Shown: positions 51,401 to 64,000 of the stretch, in pieces | Position numbering within the stretch: position 1 is the first letter of the stretch | Layout: the number at the start of each line of letters is the position of its first letter | NCBI GenBank assembly: GCA_030704615.1 | Contig: CM060733.1 | Coordinates: forward strand, 19,282,001-19,346,000 | Reading direction: 5' to 3' | Length of the DNA: 64,000 bases | Source of the DNA: Takakia lepidozioides | Lineage: Eukaryota > Plantae > Bryophyta | Made by a program: the position numbers and the translations under genes | The notes under the pieces: generated by a model | Seen by the model: only the letters and a program-made list of their open reading frames with translations | Databases searched by the model: none | Told to the model about the DNA's origin: nothing

Positions 51401-53551
51401 TTCAAGGCCGAAAAGCATGCCAAAGAAGGCTTTGTCATGCTCATAGTGTGAAGTACAAGGAAATAAACTGCTGCGTTGAGTCAATCAAATGAAAACCTAT
51501 CGAACCTGACCACGAGCACATGACAAGGCTGTTCTTTATGTAGGATACATACCTGACTTAACTTCGTCATCTGGGTGCTCAATGATTGGTTCCTGGCTTG
51601 ATCTGGACCGCACATGCACATCCCCAGTATCATGATCGTCTGGCAGCTCCACTATTATGGGGCCCCTCCGCTGCTCATCCTGCCAAGTGCATACATATCC
51701 TAGAACATCAACCTTCCCAATGGCAACAAAATTCCCATCTTGTAGTGTGACTGATCAATTGGTCTGGTCTTACTAGAAAGTAATCTGTTACTTTAAAAGA
51801 AGCTCACAATGTCCTCAATCAGATGCCCAGATAAATGTTCCACAGTCCATGTAGTTTGCAAACTGCAAATAGAATATACCCCACCACCCAGTCCAGCATT
51901 ACTTGAGACAAAAGTACCAGAGTTTGCACAGGTAATTTTTCAGAGACAATCTAGTCAAGACAAGGCCAGTGCCCAGAACTTGTGCTTCCCAGATCTACAC
52001 ATCATGACGACTACAAGCAACTCAACATTCTCGAAACAATTGTCTGCACCAGAGCACTATTACTCAGTAGCTCTGGCCAAAATGCTGTCCTCTGTGCCAT
52101 AGTATTCCAATCATGTACCGCGTTCAACCACACAACCCTGTCTGTACAAAACAATTTCAGGGTAATGTGGTCTACGAATGCAGGCGTAGCAGCACAACAT
52201 CATCTCAACGACAAGGTTTTTCTACATATAAAATAAGTATTTACTGTACAATGAGTAAGCAGAGCGTTATGGAAGTTTTCCTGGCAGTAGGGAGAAACTA
52301 ATGTCAAATAAGATCTTTAAAAATGGCCCAAATTCGATGAGTTACAGCCAACCCAAGTGTGTCACTGTCAGTACCCTAACAGGGTGTCCATTTGCTCGTG
52401 GCACACGCTGACCAGGAATTGCTGTGGGGGGGCGTGAATGGGTGTTCCCAACCTGCGGTGCAATCATAACCATACTGCTTCATTTAAGATGTGTTCCTTC
52501 TCAGTTTAACAATTTGGTCACAAAGATTTATTCCCCAATTTACTTATGTGCATCTTCACCGACGGAAACAAGCATGTCTCTTAAGCACAATGCGTTTAAA
52601 AACATTTGTGGTTGGTTTAGTATTTTCATTACCGTAGCGTTCATCAAGGACAGACACATTTCTGAAGCTTACCCATATCCTCAAACCATGATTGGGACTC
52701 GAGATACAAAAAAGAGAATTCCTCTATTTTGTTAAATTTTCAAGCCCTGACAGTCTCCAACTGAAAGGTTCAGTGATCCAGTTTACCACAGACACCTGCT
52801 GGCAGTTGGTAAAAGCCTGCTAGAATGGCATAGTGAGGCATGCACTAGAAGACATAATGTCAGTTGCATAATTGCTGATCTAAGATCGTACCCAAACAAC
52901 CGTTATTAGGTTGAGCTAAAATCAGTTGACCCCAACGTCCAATTCAGTCGTCGATATCACATCTAAGGGCGAACACAGACCTCCAAAGTCCCACTTAGTA
53001 ACTTTCAAACGAATATACCAACGACACTTTTGCCGGAACGATAATGGGCTGAAGGCTTGTAATCTCAGCACAAACCGTTCACCTTCTTCACAGTGACTTA
53101 ATTAACAAGCAAATGCTGTTCCACCAATTGCAAGCCACGTAAGGCGGCTAAAGATAGTTTGTTTCTCTTCAAGACACCTTTGTCATCTCTCCCCTGTAAA
53201 TTTTTACTCCAGAACGTCATATGAAAAGGCAATCAAACTTACCGGTTGCGAATTGTAAGGTCTCTGCTCAAGATATCCGCCTTGTGGCTCTTGCAGTGGG
53301 GCACGGAAAAAATTGTTTCCAAAGACCCCGTTCGACCCAAACAAGCCACCACCGGGGCCCAAGAGGCTGCCAAAAGGCCTTGTGAAGAAAGGATCGTTGA
53401 AGAAGGGATCGTTCTCAAACATATCAGGAAACATACCCCTGCGAGATCCTCCCAAGCCCATGCCCATCCCCATACCGAAATTGGCAAAGGGGTCTTGGAT
53501 CCCATCAAAGGGCCGGCGGTTTCCACCCCCATCCCTTCCCGGAGGCTGCAT
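48454..53551 (-). CDS. Myeloid leukemia factor (MLF)-like glycine-rich protein, 7 exons
   Basis: Exons 53551-53243 (DPFANFG..DPFFTRPFG), 51679-51553 (GPIIVELPDD, EPIIEHPDD), 50838-50669 (SYSFQSSSVTYGG..Y..S..RRMGPDG), 49899-49819 (HSRGVGEK), 49569-49494 (GRSITRK..TLHNLEE), 49313-49215 (FERTW), 48533-48454; reading frame is consistent. Confidence 0.88.
50265..50552 (+). mobile_element. Structured SINE-like repeat, copy 2, inside an MLF intron
   Basis: See 7760-7965; hairpins GCCTTCC-aaac-GGAAGGC and CTTGC-TTCG-GCAAG precede a T-rich tail. Confidence 0.55.
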
Positions 53552-54948
53552 CTTTCCCCTCCTACTCCCCGATCAGACCTCAATTCAACCACCTCTTCCT
53601 GCACTCAGAATTGACACTCCGAGGCAAGAATCCACACCTCGCTGCAAATTGGTGGATTCCGAAGAAGACGAAGAAGAACAACAACGTCCCCTTCCTGTAT
53701 GGCGGTTCATAAAGGCCATACCATACCTAGCCCACCTTACACGTGCAAATACCTGCACATCTCAGCCGTCCACCTCCAATCATCCTACGCCCCAAATACT
53801 TTCAAAAACGTAGGAAGTTTTCAACAGATTACATTACGATACGACGCATCGGATCCGTCCAAAGATGGGATATTGGACGGTGCGATAGGACCCCCTATCT
53901 ATAACACTAGCACAGTCGGATCGTGGCTTATCTCGCTCACAGATGAATGATTTTCCACATCCATTTTTCGTCCACGCTGGGATGTACTTATACGTCACGG
54001 TGTACCTTGTAGCCACCGGATAGACGACATGTGGCCAAAGTGGATGTCAGCAGGCGTGGACGACGGTTTCCAGAAGACCTACCGATCCTGTACCGACCTT
54101 CCACACCTAACTACCTGCTTGCCCAACCAGTTCGGACAAGGTAGCAGGATTTGAAACCCTAGGAGCGCTCCCAAATCAGGCCATTGGGCAAATTTCATCC
54201 CCACAGAAAAGTGATATCTGGCGACTTAACTGAGGCCACACAGATAAAAGAACAGATGAAGTTTCTCTAACACACAGCCCCATCGAGGGGCCAATGGACA
54301 GTTGAAGGCACGTGTTGAAGTATTGAACTCAGGAACACCCAGGTTATGCACAGGTTACACACCTAGCTTGTTATATCCAAAAAAAGTGAACCTTACCAGA
54401 TTCACCTTGGTTACCATGTACATCAACTCAATAAATTGCAGAGAAAATCCACCATATGACTAGAGAGATTTTAATGTTTTAGTAGGGGTCTTTTTTGTTT
54501 TTGAATTTTGAAATGTATGAAATTTGAGCTTTAACCAAGCTATTTGAGCGACGGTAGATTTTTCTTGCTTCTGCCTCCCACATAGAAATCTGGTATTGTA
54601 TCCTAGCAAACTATTGTGAAAATTTGAAGCCGAACAATATTTGTTGGCCGTGCCCTCAGGCAGAGACTACGCATTTGGTTTCTCCCACTTGTCGCGGGAC
54701 CAACTTTTCCAAGGACCAATGTTTTTGTTGGATGACATAACAATGATTGTCATCCATTTTGAATTCTGTTCCGGAAGGGTCTAGGTTTTGATTGCAAGGA
54801 TTGGACATTTTTCACCTGATTATACGGCAATCACAACAGCTTGATCTCGACATGCAGACTCTATGCCCCTGCTCCGTTAGTTCTGCGGTGCATAGTATCA
54901 CCACGCAGTTTCGAAGTTTTCTTGTTGTCAAGAGTTTTCATCAAATGA

Positions 54949-55630
<682 letters not shown>

Positions 55631-56904
55631 TATGATCATCTGACATTGTATACCAGTAAAATAGCCTTGGGTCTTGTGAATTTGGTTTGTCGCTTGGGAA
55701 AGTCTTGGGATTCAAGATTTTACCAGTCTATCAGAACGCATATGAACTTACAGTGACATAATATAGAGTGTTCCCAACTTGTTCCCAAGTCTGGAAACAG
55801 GTCTGTTTACTTGAACACTTCATAGATGTGGACCACTTATCCATTCATTGTAAGTCTGAAGCCCTAAAAGTATTTTTTTGTGGCTTCACACCATGACTAT
55901 TCAACAAAGAAATGCTGATGTGGAGTTGGGCAGATAATTGGTGGCAGAGAGGCATCCATATCTTACGGATTTTGGCAACCTGGCATGCAGGCCACCGAGA
56001 TTTTTACAGGACGTGGCAGCCAAAGGGCACCACCTCCACACTCAGCTGAAAGAGAGGTTGGGTGGAAATCCACATGTGAGGCTTGGTGAGCCAAATGGCA
56101 TACATGGTCATGAGGCGGACTCCGACTTTTGATAGGCCGGAGGCTGCTTCTTGACACACATTGATCATTCAAGTTCTTGCCATCAACGATAAGCAATCTG
56201 CCATCAGCCATCAACTATAAGCCATAAGCAATCAGCAAAGGTCACTTGGCATTTGCCGAAGTGACAAAGCAAAAGCTCATAAATGATTACATATTAAATT
56301 TATTTATCAATTTCTATTGTCGTTTGTCTATATCATAATTTTAATGCAGTAATAATGTATATATACAAAATCCACAGTTTCAATAACAAATCATAGACAT
56401 TGTTTTAATTTTCCAAAATTGTTTCTTATATGACACAATAAATTTTCTTAAGTAATAATAAACTTATTTTTCCGATATGATTGGTTAAATGAGATGTATT
56501 ACGGCACCGTGTCATTCAACATTTAAAAGATCTGAATTCAAATGATTCACTACTGATTATACATCCAAGTTTTATATTCAGTACATGTAGTATACAAATA
56601 ATTTACGAAGTCATAGTACCAAAATATCAGATAGAGATAACTCAAATAGAGCATCCAATTATGCTATAGTTATCTCAGTTAATTTTGCTCAATTAACATA
56701 AATTAGTTTCAATTAACTCTGACTCAAGTGAGAGTACTAGAAATTACCATGGGTGTTTGCAACCCACGATCATGTGCTCGCCCCCACTCACTGCCTCAAC
56801 CGTCTCGGTTGACAGGGAGGTAGCACTATCCAATGGGAGTGCAGAAGTAGCCATCAATACTTGCAATCTCCGTTGCTCAGCCATGCACAAGGCAATGACC
56901 CATG

Positions 56905-57023
56905 TCAAGCAATTTATCCATTGCTTGACCCAACACTTGGCGGCGTGATGCCTCTAACAGAGATGACACATCTGTAGTGCCAGTGACAAATCCTATTTTC
57001 CGCTCTCGCTTATCCGCATTGGG
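56905..57023 (-). pseudogene. C-terminal fragment (motifs IX-X) of a C5 cytosine methyltransferase
   Basis: PNADKRERKIGFVTGTT..SLLEASRRQVLGQAMD on the minus strand. Confidence 0.7.
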
Positions 57024-57029
57024 GAGGAG

Positions 57030-57400
57030 GTATAGGCCACTGCGGGTCTTGTTGGACTCGGGAGCATAGCCATTGATGTTGGGAAGAGCAGCAATTGCAG
57101 GCTTAGGCCTTACAGAGGCGGATTTGGAACCTTGCCCTTTCCAAATTCAAACATCTTTGGGCGGTTCAGAGAAGGCACGAGGGATTACACGCCATGAGCT
57201 CTTCGTTCGATTGCAGCCGGATCATCCTACGGACGGCTCAGTTATGAGAGCTAAAGCCATTGTTACGGACGCGATGTCTTATGATGTGTTTGTTGGTGGG
57301 GTAGTGTTATACCCCATGGGATTCACTCTGGACTTTTGGGAGGAAACGACATCCTACAGGACGGAATGGCAGTCAAGAGATGGCCGACGTGCATTGCTCC
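57030..57400 (+). mobile_element. Gypsy-type aspartic protease fragment
   Basis: RVLLDSGA*PLMLG (retropepsin DSG motif with a stop), followed by YDVFVGGVVLYPMGFTLDFW. Confidence 0.75.
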
Positions 57401-57405
57401 CAGTG

Positions 57406-57960
57406 GCTAAGACCAAGCTGACTCTCTCTCTTGCACCAACGAGCTAACTTACAGATTTCAATGTGCATATCAGGCCCGAGTCTGAAAAGAGGGCAAAACA
57501 GGCTGAAATAGGTTGAAGAAGAAAGTGCCCTCACGGCCTGCTAAGACCAACCTGACTCTCTCTCTAGCACCAACAAGCTAACTTACAGAATTCAATATGC
57601 ATATCAGGCCCGAGTCTGATAAGAGGGCAAAACAGGCTGAAATAGGTTGAAGAAGAAGGTGCCCTCACGACCTGCTAAGACCAACCTGACTCTCTCTCTT
57701 GCACCAATGAGCTAATTTAACAAAATTCAATATGCATATTAGGCCTGAGTTTGATAAGAGGGCAAAACAGGCTGAAATAGGTTGAAGAAGAAGGTGCCCT
57801 CACGGCCTGCTAAGACCAAGCTGACTCTCTCTCTTGCACCAACGAGCTAACTTACTGAATTCAATATGCATATCAGGCCCGAGTCTGATAAGAGGGCAAA
57901 ACAGGCTGAAATAGGTTGAATCAGGAAATGAATCAGCGGGCTGCTAAGACCAAGCTGATT
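57406..57960. repeat. 134-bp tandem repeat, 4 copies
   Basis: GCTAAGACC at 57406, 57540, 57674, 57809, 57943. Confidence 0.95.
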
Positions 57961-59215
57961 CTCCCAAGAACCTTGTAAACATCAGGAAGAATACCGTACT
58001 AACAGGAGCCAAAAGCCCACATTTGCAGGATGGACAAACTTCTTCACATCCTACATTAAGGAAAAGCCACACTGTAGTGTGAAAAAGAAGGGGCATGAAA
58101 CCCTTCTGGTTAACTATAGTTAACTGTTTCTTGAGCAATGATCCACCTGCCCTATGACATCAACCTACTTGCTCTTTCTAAAATGACTCAAACCCTACTT
58201 AATTCATTCTAAATCTATTTATGACTAGAGACTTTATACCCTTATCCACGCCGCAGCGGAAGAGAAGACATGGACAGGGCTGAGGTTATCTAAATTGTTA
58301 TTGGGTCTCTTTAGTGAACAGATCATCATATATGCCAGGGTTCTTCTTCCCTACAGATGTCATCATTGGAAAATCACAGGGTGTATATTATGATCCTTAT
58401 ACAGATTCAAATCCTATCCACAGTGTAAACATATCAGAGATACCCCACTGCCCATACTTGGACTAGGTAAGTGATGCAAAAATATGTGTGCTACTGTAAA
58501 CCAGAATGCAAAGGCCCTAGTTTCTACACATCAGCTCTCCTTTTCCTTCTTTATTAATACTACAACTATCTAAGAAACAGATCCCCTTTGGCATGACATT
58601 GCTACCCCTTCATATCCTGCCCATGGATTGTACACTGATACATGGTGTTTTACATCATTCACATCTACTTAAATGAAAATGCAAAACCCTAGCTTCTCTA
58701 TTTCAGATTTCTCTTCTCTTTCCCTTTGCATGAAGAGGGCATGATATCACAGAGCCCCCACTTTTAACTCCTCCTTAAAACTGCATTTTAACTATTTGAA
58801 AGACCCTTATGCCCCACTGATTGTAGATCTCAGTCTATGAATGTTCCTAAGCTGATTGATACAAGCAGTAGGGAACAAATGCAGCCACCTGATATCTTCT
58901 TTCAGAAAAGCTACAGCCTACCCCCATAGTAGGTACATTGCCCTCTTCATATGTCATTGGCATTCTTCCCTACTATCCTTCATTTGTGTCCTCCTTCCAA
59001 CTAAGTTCAGCAGATGTTCAACAATCCTTTCACCATCTCTTCACACAAGACATCCCCTACTTTAATGATTGTACCGCTGGCATGAGCAACATCTAAAGGC
59101 AATACACCAGCAACACTTCACCAGCAGAGACACCCATTCCATAGCACTCAAGCACTTTCATGACCTCCTACTGTAATTCAGAATGTTGTTCCTTCTCCCA
59201 TGAGTATCAAACCCC

Positions 59216-59545
59216 GCGATCGCGGTTGTCCCACCATCGTCCATGTCTTCATGCCCCGATTCTAGGGCTTGAGTCCCTGTCTGCCCCCTATCCCACCAGC
59301 TCCGCTCGTCATTGTACATTGAGAAAAGCCACACCTTGCGATCGCGGTTGTCCCATCACCGTGCACGCCTTCATGCCCCGATTCTAGGTCTCGAGTCCCT
59401 GTCTGCCCCCTATCCCACCAGCTTCGCTCGCCATTGTACATTGAGAAAAAGCCACACCTTGCGATCGTGGTTGTCCCACCATCGTGCACACCTTCATGCC
59501 CCGATTCTAGGTCTATGTCTGTCCCTATCCCACCAGCTCCGCTTG
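59216..59545. repeat. 122-123-bp tandem repeat, about 2.7 copies
   Basis: GCGATCGYGGTTGTCCCA at 59216, 59338, 59461. Confidence 0.93.
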
Positions 59546-59759
59546 TCGTCTCTCATGATCAGACTCGACACTATAAGAAAACAAACATAGCTCTGTCATG
59601 TTTGTCTTTCACGATCAAACTCGACACAAAGAAAACAAACAGATGCCACAATGGCAGGGAAGACAAAAAAAACGCTAAGTCCCCTCACTCATGACTGGAT
59701 GGATGAATGTAGCGATAGATGGATGGATTTTGGGTTTTCCATCAACACACAAACCGCTA

Positions 59760-60633
59760 AAGTTTTTCGCCACAGAAGTAATACCAATCACTGGTGTGTA
59801 TGTAATCACTAACGCGTAACCACTGTCCGAGTGGTTCCAGTTACTAAATGGTCTGTAACCACTCACTCTACACCACTCTCAAAGTGGTACCAATCAACGG
59901 GGGTCTTTAACCACTCCAGATCTACGTATACTGTCCCCGTCCACGTGGAATAATATAGTTCATAATTAAATATATTTTGAAATGATAAATCTTAAATAAA
60001 AATTGAATTATTACACGTGGAGTAGCAAGTGGTTTCAATCACCTCCCATCACTCAGGTGTCTTCAACCACTCACAACCCACCACATAAGTAGTACCAATC
60101 ACTCACGTGTATGTAACCACTCACAAGCGCCCACTTGAAGAGTGGTTCCAGTTACAAAAGGGTCTTAACCACTCACATTCCACCACTGTGCAAGTGGTAC
60201 CAATCACTGGGGGGTCTTTAACCACTCCAGATCTACGTATACTATCCTCGTCCACGTGGAATAATATATTTTGAAATGATAAAAATCTTTAAAAAAAAAT
60301 ATTACACGTGGAGTAGAAAGTGGTTTCAACCACTTCCCATCACTGAGGTGTCTTTAACCACTCATAATTTATCACTGTACCCGTCCATGTCGGATATTAT
60401 CATTATTAGTATAAATATTTGACCAAATGTCGAATAATAAATATAAAATTAAATATTACACGTGGATTACTCAGTGGTTGAAACCACTTCCAACCAGTCC
60501 ATATGATGCCACCGTGGCATCATATCGGAATTAACCACTGACCAGTGGTTACCATTACTTGGAGTATTATAGAGTGATAAAAGACAAGAGTGGTTAAGGG
60601 GGCCAGTGGTTCTTCTGCGTTTTTCTTCTAGTG
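59760..60633. mobile_element. CACTA remnant (right end) with AACCACT/AGTGGTT subterminal repeats and a ~300-bp internal duplication
   Basis: Ends in TTTTCTTCTAGTG (reverse complement CACTAGAAGAAAA); no matching left end or TSD confirmed. Confidence 0.65.
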
Positions 60634-60664
60634 ATTTCTCGCCCTTTAGGCTTCACATTATAAC

Positions 60665-60920
60665 TTGTCAAATGAAGGTCATACCACAGCTGAATGCCAC
60701 ATGAAGGAGAAACACTGTACTATCTATAAAATGGATAACCATTCTACTGAGAATTGTTACTACAACAGAAAGACAGCTACAAGAGAACCTATGCAAGTGA
60801 GGGTGCATCAAGTGCAGCCCCAACCAAGAAGAAACAATGATCATGACCACTATGGTAGGCCTAGTGGATATAACAATGGTATGGCAGGGAGAGGTAATCC
60901 AAGAGGGAATAACTATCAGC
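60665..60920 (+). mobile_element. Retroelement gag zinc-knuckle fragment
   Basis: GHTTAEC..HCTIYKMDNHSTENC: degenerate tandem CCHC knuckles followed by an N/G/R-rich linker. Confidence 0.5.
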
Positions 60921-60994
60921 CAGCCATTGAGCACAGTATGGTGACTCCTGGGGTAGTCCTGGTGGACAATCAGGATGGTGTGTTTCAGTTGGGT

Positions 60995-62026
60995 GGCCCA
61001 GCCAATTGTTGTAGCACACTGTCCCAAATCAACCCAGGACCATTGTCTCGGAAAGCATGAGACGAGGGAAAGCTCATGAGCGTAGGCAAGGCCGCACGTG
61101 GCTGCCCCACTCGATTGACCACTGCTAGAGGTGGACGATCATCATGTCGCACTCTCTGTGGTTACCTCCCTTGGTCCAAAATGCCTTCAACCCGTGAGAT
61201 TGGGTGGCCGTTGAATGGAATCATATGCTCTCTTGAGCAGCTCTGGTGGTGCAAGATTGGTCCATCACAATTGAGGTCGATGCGCGCGTGATCCCACCGC
61301 TGCTGCATCTAATAGCACCGCCGATCCAATCCAAGACCGCACCTGATACACACTGGCTATAACCCTGGCCCGAGAATCCCCCATAAGAGGAACATTCTCC
61401 AAGATATAGCCTAGAGGTTGCACTTGCCTCGTCTGCAAGTCCCGCAACACTCGCAACATCTCCCAAAACAAATGCGATCGTGCATCATGCAAGCCATTCC
61501 CATGACCTGCGGGAGAGTGTCCTTGGCAAGGCCATCCCGCTATCACCAAGTCAATGGAACCATGCCGGTCCAAATCATCCGCCCCCAGCAAGGTAATGTC
61601 TGCTGGCAAGGCCTTTTGATACCCTTGAACTGCTGAGAGAGGCAACAACTCAGGATACCGGTGTGTGAGCAAGGCGATGTGGCGCATAGAAATACGCCAA
61701 GCTATCTCATCCTTCTCCACATACAAGTACTTGTGTACTTTAATCCCTGTTTGCAACACTCCTGCAAGCCCAGTGCTCATGTCTCCAAATAGGTATAGTA
61801 AGCAAATCCCTGAGTCAGGTGGTTGCCAGGTAATGGGCACCGTATCCAAAGGAGCTAACTCAGGAGGTCCAGGTGATGTCACTAAACTCCCCTCACTCAC
61901 CAATGGAAAGGCCTTCTGCCATGCTTGGTGCACACACTCGCCTGCTAGTCGATGCAAATTCCCAGCCATACCCCACGGTGGAATATGCACAGGCACATGA
62001 GGAAGCAAACCAGCCTTGTATGCCAT
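60995..62026 (-). pseudogene. C5 cytosine DNA methyltransferase, intronless, retroelement-type, frameshifted
   Basis: Motif I-like LYLFGDMSTG, motif II YVEKD, motif IV DLVIAGWPCQG (catalytic Cys), motif VI ILENV, motif VIII AHRP. Continues in a shifted frame as ..ALPTLMSFPSSHAFRDNGPGLIWD. Confidence 0.88.
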
Positions 62027-62838
62027 TGTTCGTCCTCATCAGGTGATGGCCTATCATCTACATGGCTATTGCCCTCCAAGAGCTCACCACCCCAAGTAAC
62101 CACCCCTGAAAATGCAGCCAATGTGGGCAGCATGTTTCTATGATCCACCTACATTCCCAATAAACCCGTGCCTTGTTCAAAGCTGGAATTGTACCTAATG
62201 TCATTCTGAACACTGCTTGGCAGCTCTGGAAAAGGGGAAAGAGGTCGACATGTTTGCAAAATGAAGGCCTTGCTTGGTGCTTGCAGAATCCATGGCAATG
62301 TGGAGATGGCTGAACGTGCGGCATGAAGGTGTATTCTTCAACACATTTCACCCTGTTTTTCCCTGTTACCAAAGTAGTACCTAAATTTTCATGTTGCAAG
62401 TTAGCTCATTTGTGATGTGAGGTTGCGTGAGTTTTATACCGATCCTTCACGATGGTGGGACAACCGCAATCACCAGGTGTGGCTTTTCTTAATGTACGAT
62501 GTGAAGAAGTTCGTCCATCCTGCAAAGGTGGGCTCTTTGTACTTGTGAGTACCATGATTTGGTATTCTTCCTAATGTTTACAAGGTTATTGGGAGAGTTA
62601 GCTTGCAGGTCTTAGCAAGCCGTGTTTCAATCTCTCCCTGCTCAGCTGGGCGTGGTGGTTCTCACAGACCAATCCGACATTACCTGACTACAGACAAACA
62701 GCACGTACAAGAGGTCATTTTGGGTTGATGGTCGGTCAAATCCTCCATGGGTCAAGGACAATGTGGTGAGGGCACGTTTCAGCCTGTTTTGCCCTCTCAT
62801 CAGACTTGGCCCTGAGATGCATGTTGAATTCTGCATGG

Positions 62839-63692
62839 GTGATAAGTAGGGTTGGGTGTTTGCTGGAACAATTGTAGGCCGTCATTGTCAGCCGCTAGTA
62901 GCAAGGGAAGGATGTATGCATGATTTGTGCAGAGCTTGGATAGCTGAGGGAGTAGGTGTAGAGTCTGGCCGGTCCAGATTCATCCAAGTGGGCGGGACTT
63001 CAAGCTCACGATTACCTATAATTCCCTGTGGATCAATAGCTGCAAGAAAATGCATGGGTAGATGGTCGACTGGAAGCCGCAACAGCAGCGGCACAATTGA
63101 TAAAATCAGGCACTGCTAATTAAGGCACCTTCTTCAACACATTTTCATCTTGTTTTTCCCTCTTATCAAATTGGCCCTAAATTTTCATGTTGAATTTTGC
63201 AAGTTAGTTGGTTGAGTGAACCTTTGATAGTTTGGAGTGACTTTGACATGGTACTGCCAATGTGACAACAGGGAAGTATCCAGTTCTAAACAGGTAACAG
63301 CTGAGACGAGGAGAAGCTGTGGAATGAATACTTTTCTGACCCCAGTCAATGGTGGGACAATCGAGGCAAAAAGGTGAATGCCTGTTGGATTATAGAGAGT
63401 AGCAGATGCAATTGACCATAGTGATAAGTTGAGTTGGGTATTCCCTAGAACAAATCTAGGCTGTCATTGTCAGGTGCTAGCAGCAAGGCAAGGCTATACG
63501 CATGATTTGTGCAGCGACATGTATAGCTAAAGGAGCAGCGATAGAGTCTGGGTCCAGATTCATCCAAGAAGGCCGGACTTCAAGCTCCAGATTACCTATG
63601 ATTCCATGTGGATCAATAGCTACAAGAAACCTGCTGCATGGATAGATGGTCAACTAAAGGTAACAGCGGCACAGTTGATAAAATCAGGCACC
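62839..63692 (+). repeat. Two tandem diverged copies of the ~550-bp repeat seen at 20672-21243
   Basis: Direct sequence similarity (62839-63365 and 63374-63692). Confidence 0.88.
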
Positions 63693-63734
63693 TCAACCAT
63701 GACGACAGCTTCTGAAAGTGGATCAAGAGAGGTG

Positions 63735-64000
63735 GCTGAACGAGATGTGGTCTTTTGGAGTGCCATGATTGCAAGGTATGTGCAGCATGGGTATGGGATT
63801 AAGGCTTTGGAAACCTAGGAGCAAATGATGTGGGATGGGATGAAGCAAGACCAGGTCATGTTCATTTGTGTTTGTAATATGCATATGGGAGCCTAGCAGC
63901 CCTGGGAAGGGGCAAAGAGGTTCATAGTGACATTATCAAAGCTAGAATTGTATCAGATGTCATTCTGAACATTCCCTTGGTGAACATCTACATCAAATGT
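63735..64000 (+). pseudogene. PLS-class PPR gene fragment
   Basis: ERDVVFWSAMIARYVQHGYGIKALET*EQMMWDGMKQDQVMFICV...GKEVHSDIIK..SDVILN..LVNIYIKC; contains a stop and a frameshift. Confidence 0.8.

Noticed and set aside
53246-53813. Proline-rich plus-strand ORFs
   Set aside because: Antisense shadows of the glycine-rich MLF exon 1
59569-59581. CACTATAAGAAAA as the left end of the CACTA ending at 60633
   Set aside because: Flanking trinucleotides differ (CGA vs ATT) and the motif lies in a small local duplication

Overview
Eukaryotic, intron-containing land-plant DNA; the gene and transposon repertoire suggests a non-seed plant such as a moss (inference). Genes: three spliced acyl-ACP thioesterase (FAT) paralogs (5'-truncated at 385-2222 +, a divergent copy at 11449-14314 +, a canonical copy at 35249-37576 -), ribosomal protein RPS29/uS14 (-), and a myeloid-leukemia-factor-like gene (-). 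There are also orphan fragments of an acetylornithine aminotransferase and of PPR/DYW genes. The intergenic space is full of nested transposons whose ends and target-site duplications can be read directly: three hAT MITEs, CACTA elements, a solo LTR, a long foldback, and Copia, LINE and Gypsy remnants. The most striking object is a 7.4-kb Mutator-like element (22986-30430, 9-bp TSD, degenerate hairpin ends). Opposite its GCM-like/DDE/SWIM transposase it carries a spliced gene for a bacterial-type beta-class N6-adenine/N4-cytosine DNA methyltransferase-like protein, plus two arrays of a 26-bp palindrome. This copy is decayed. A second transposon-associated methyltransferase (C5 DNMT, split into two colinear pieces) lies at 56905-62026.
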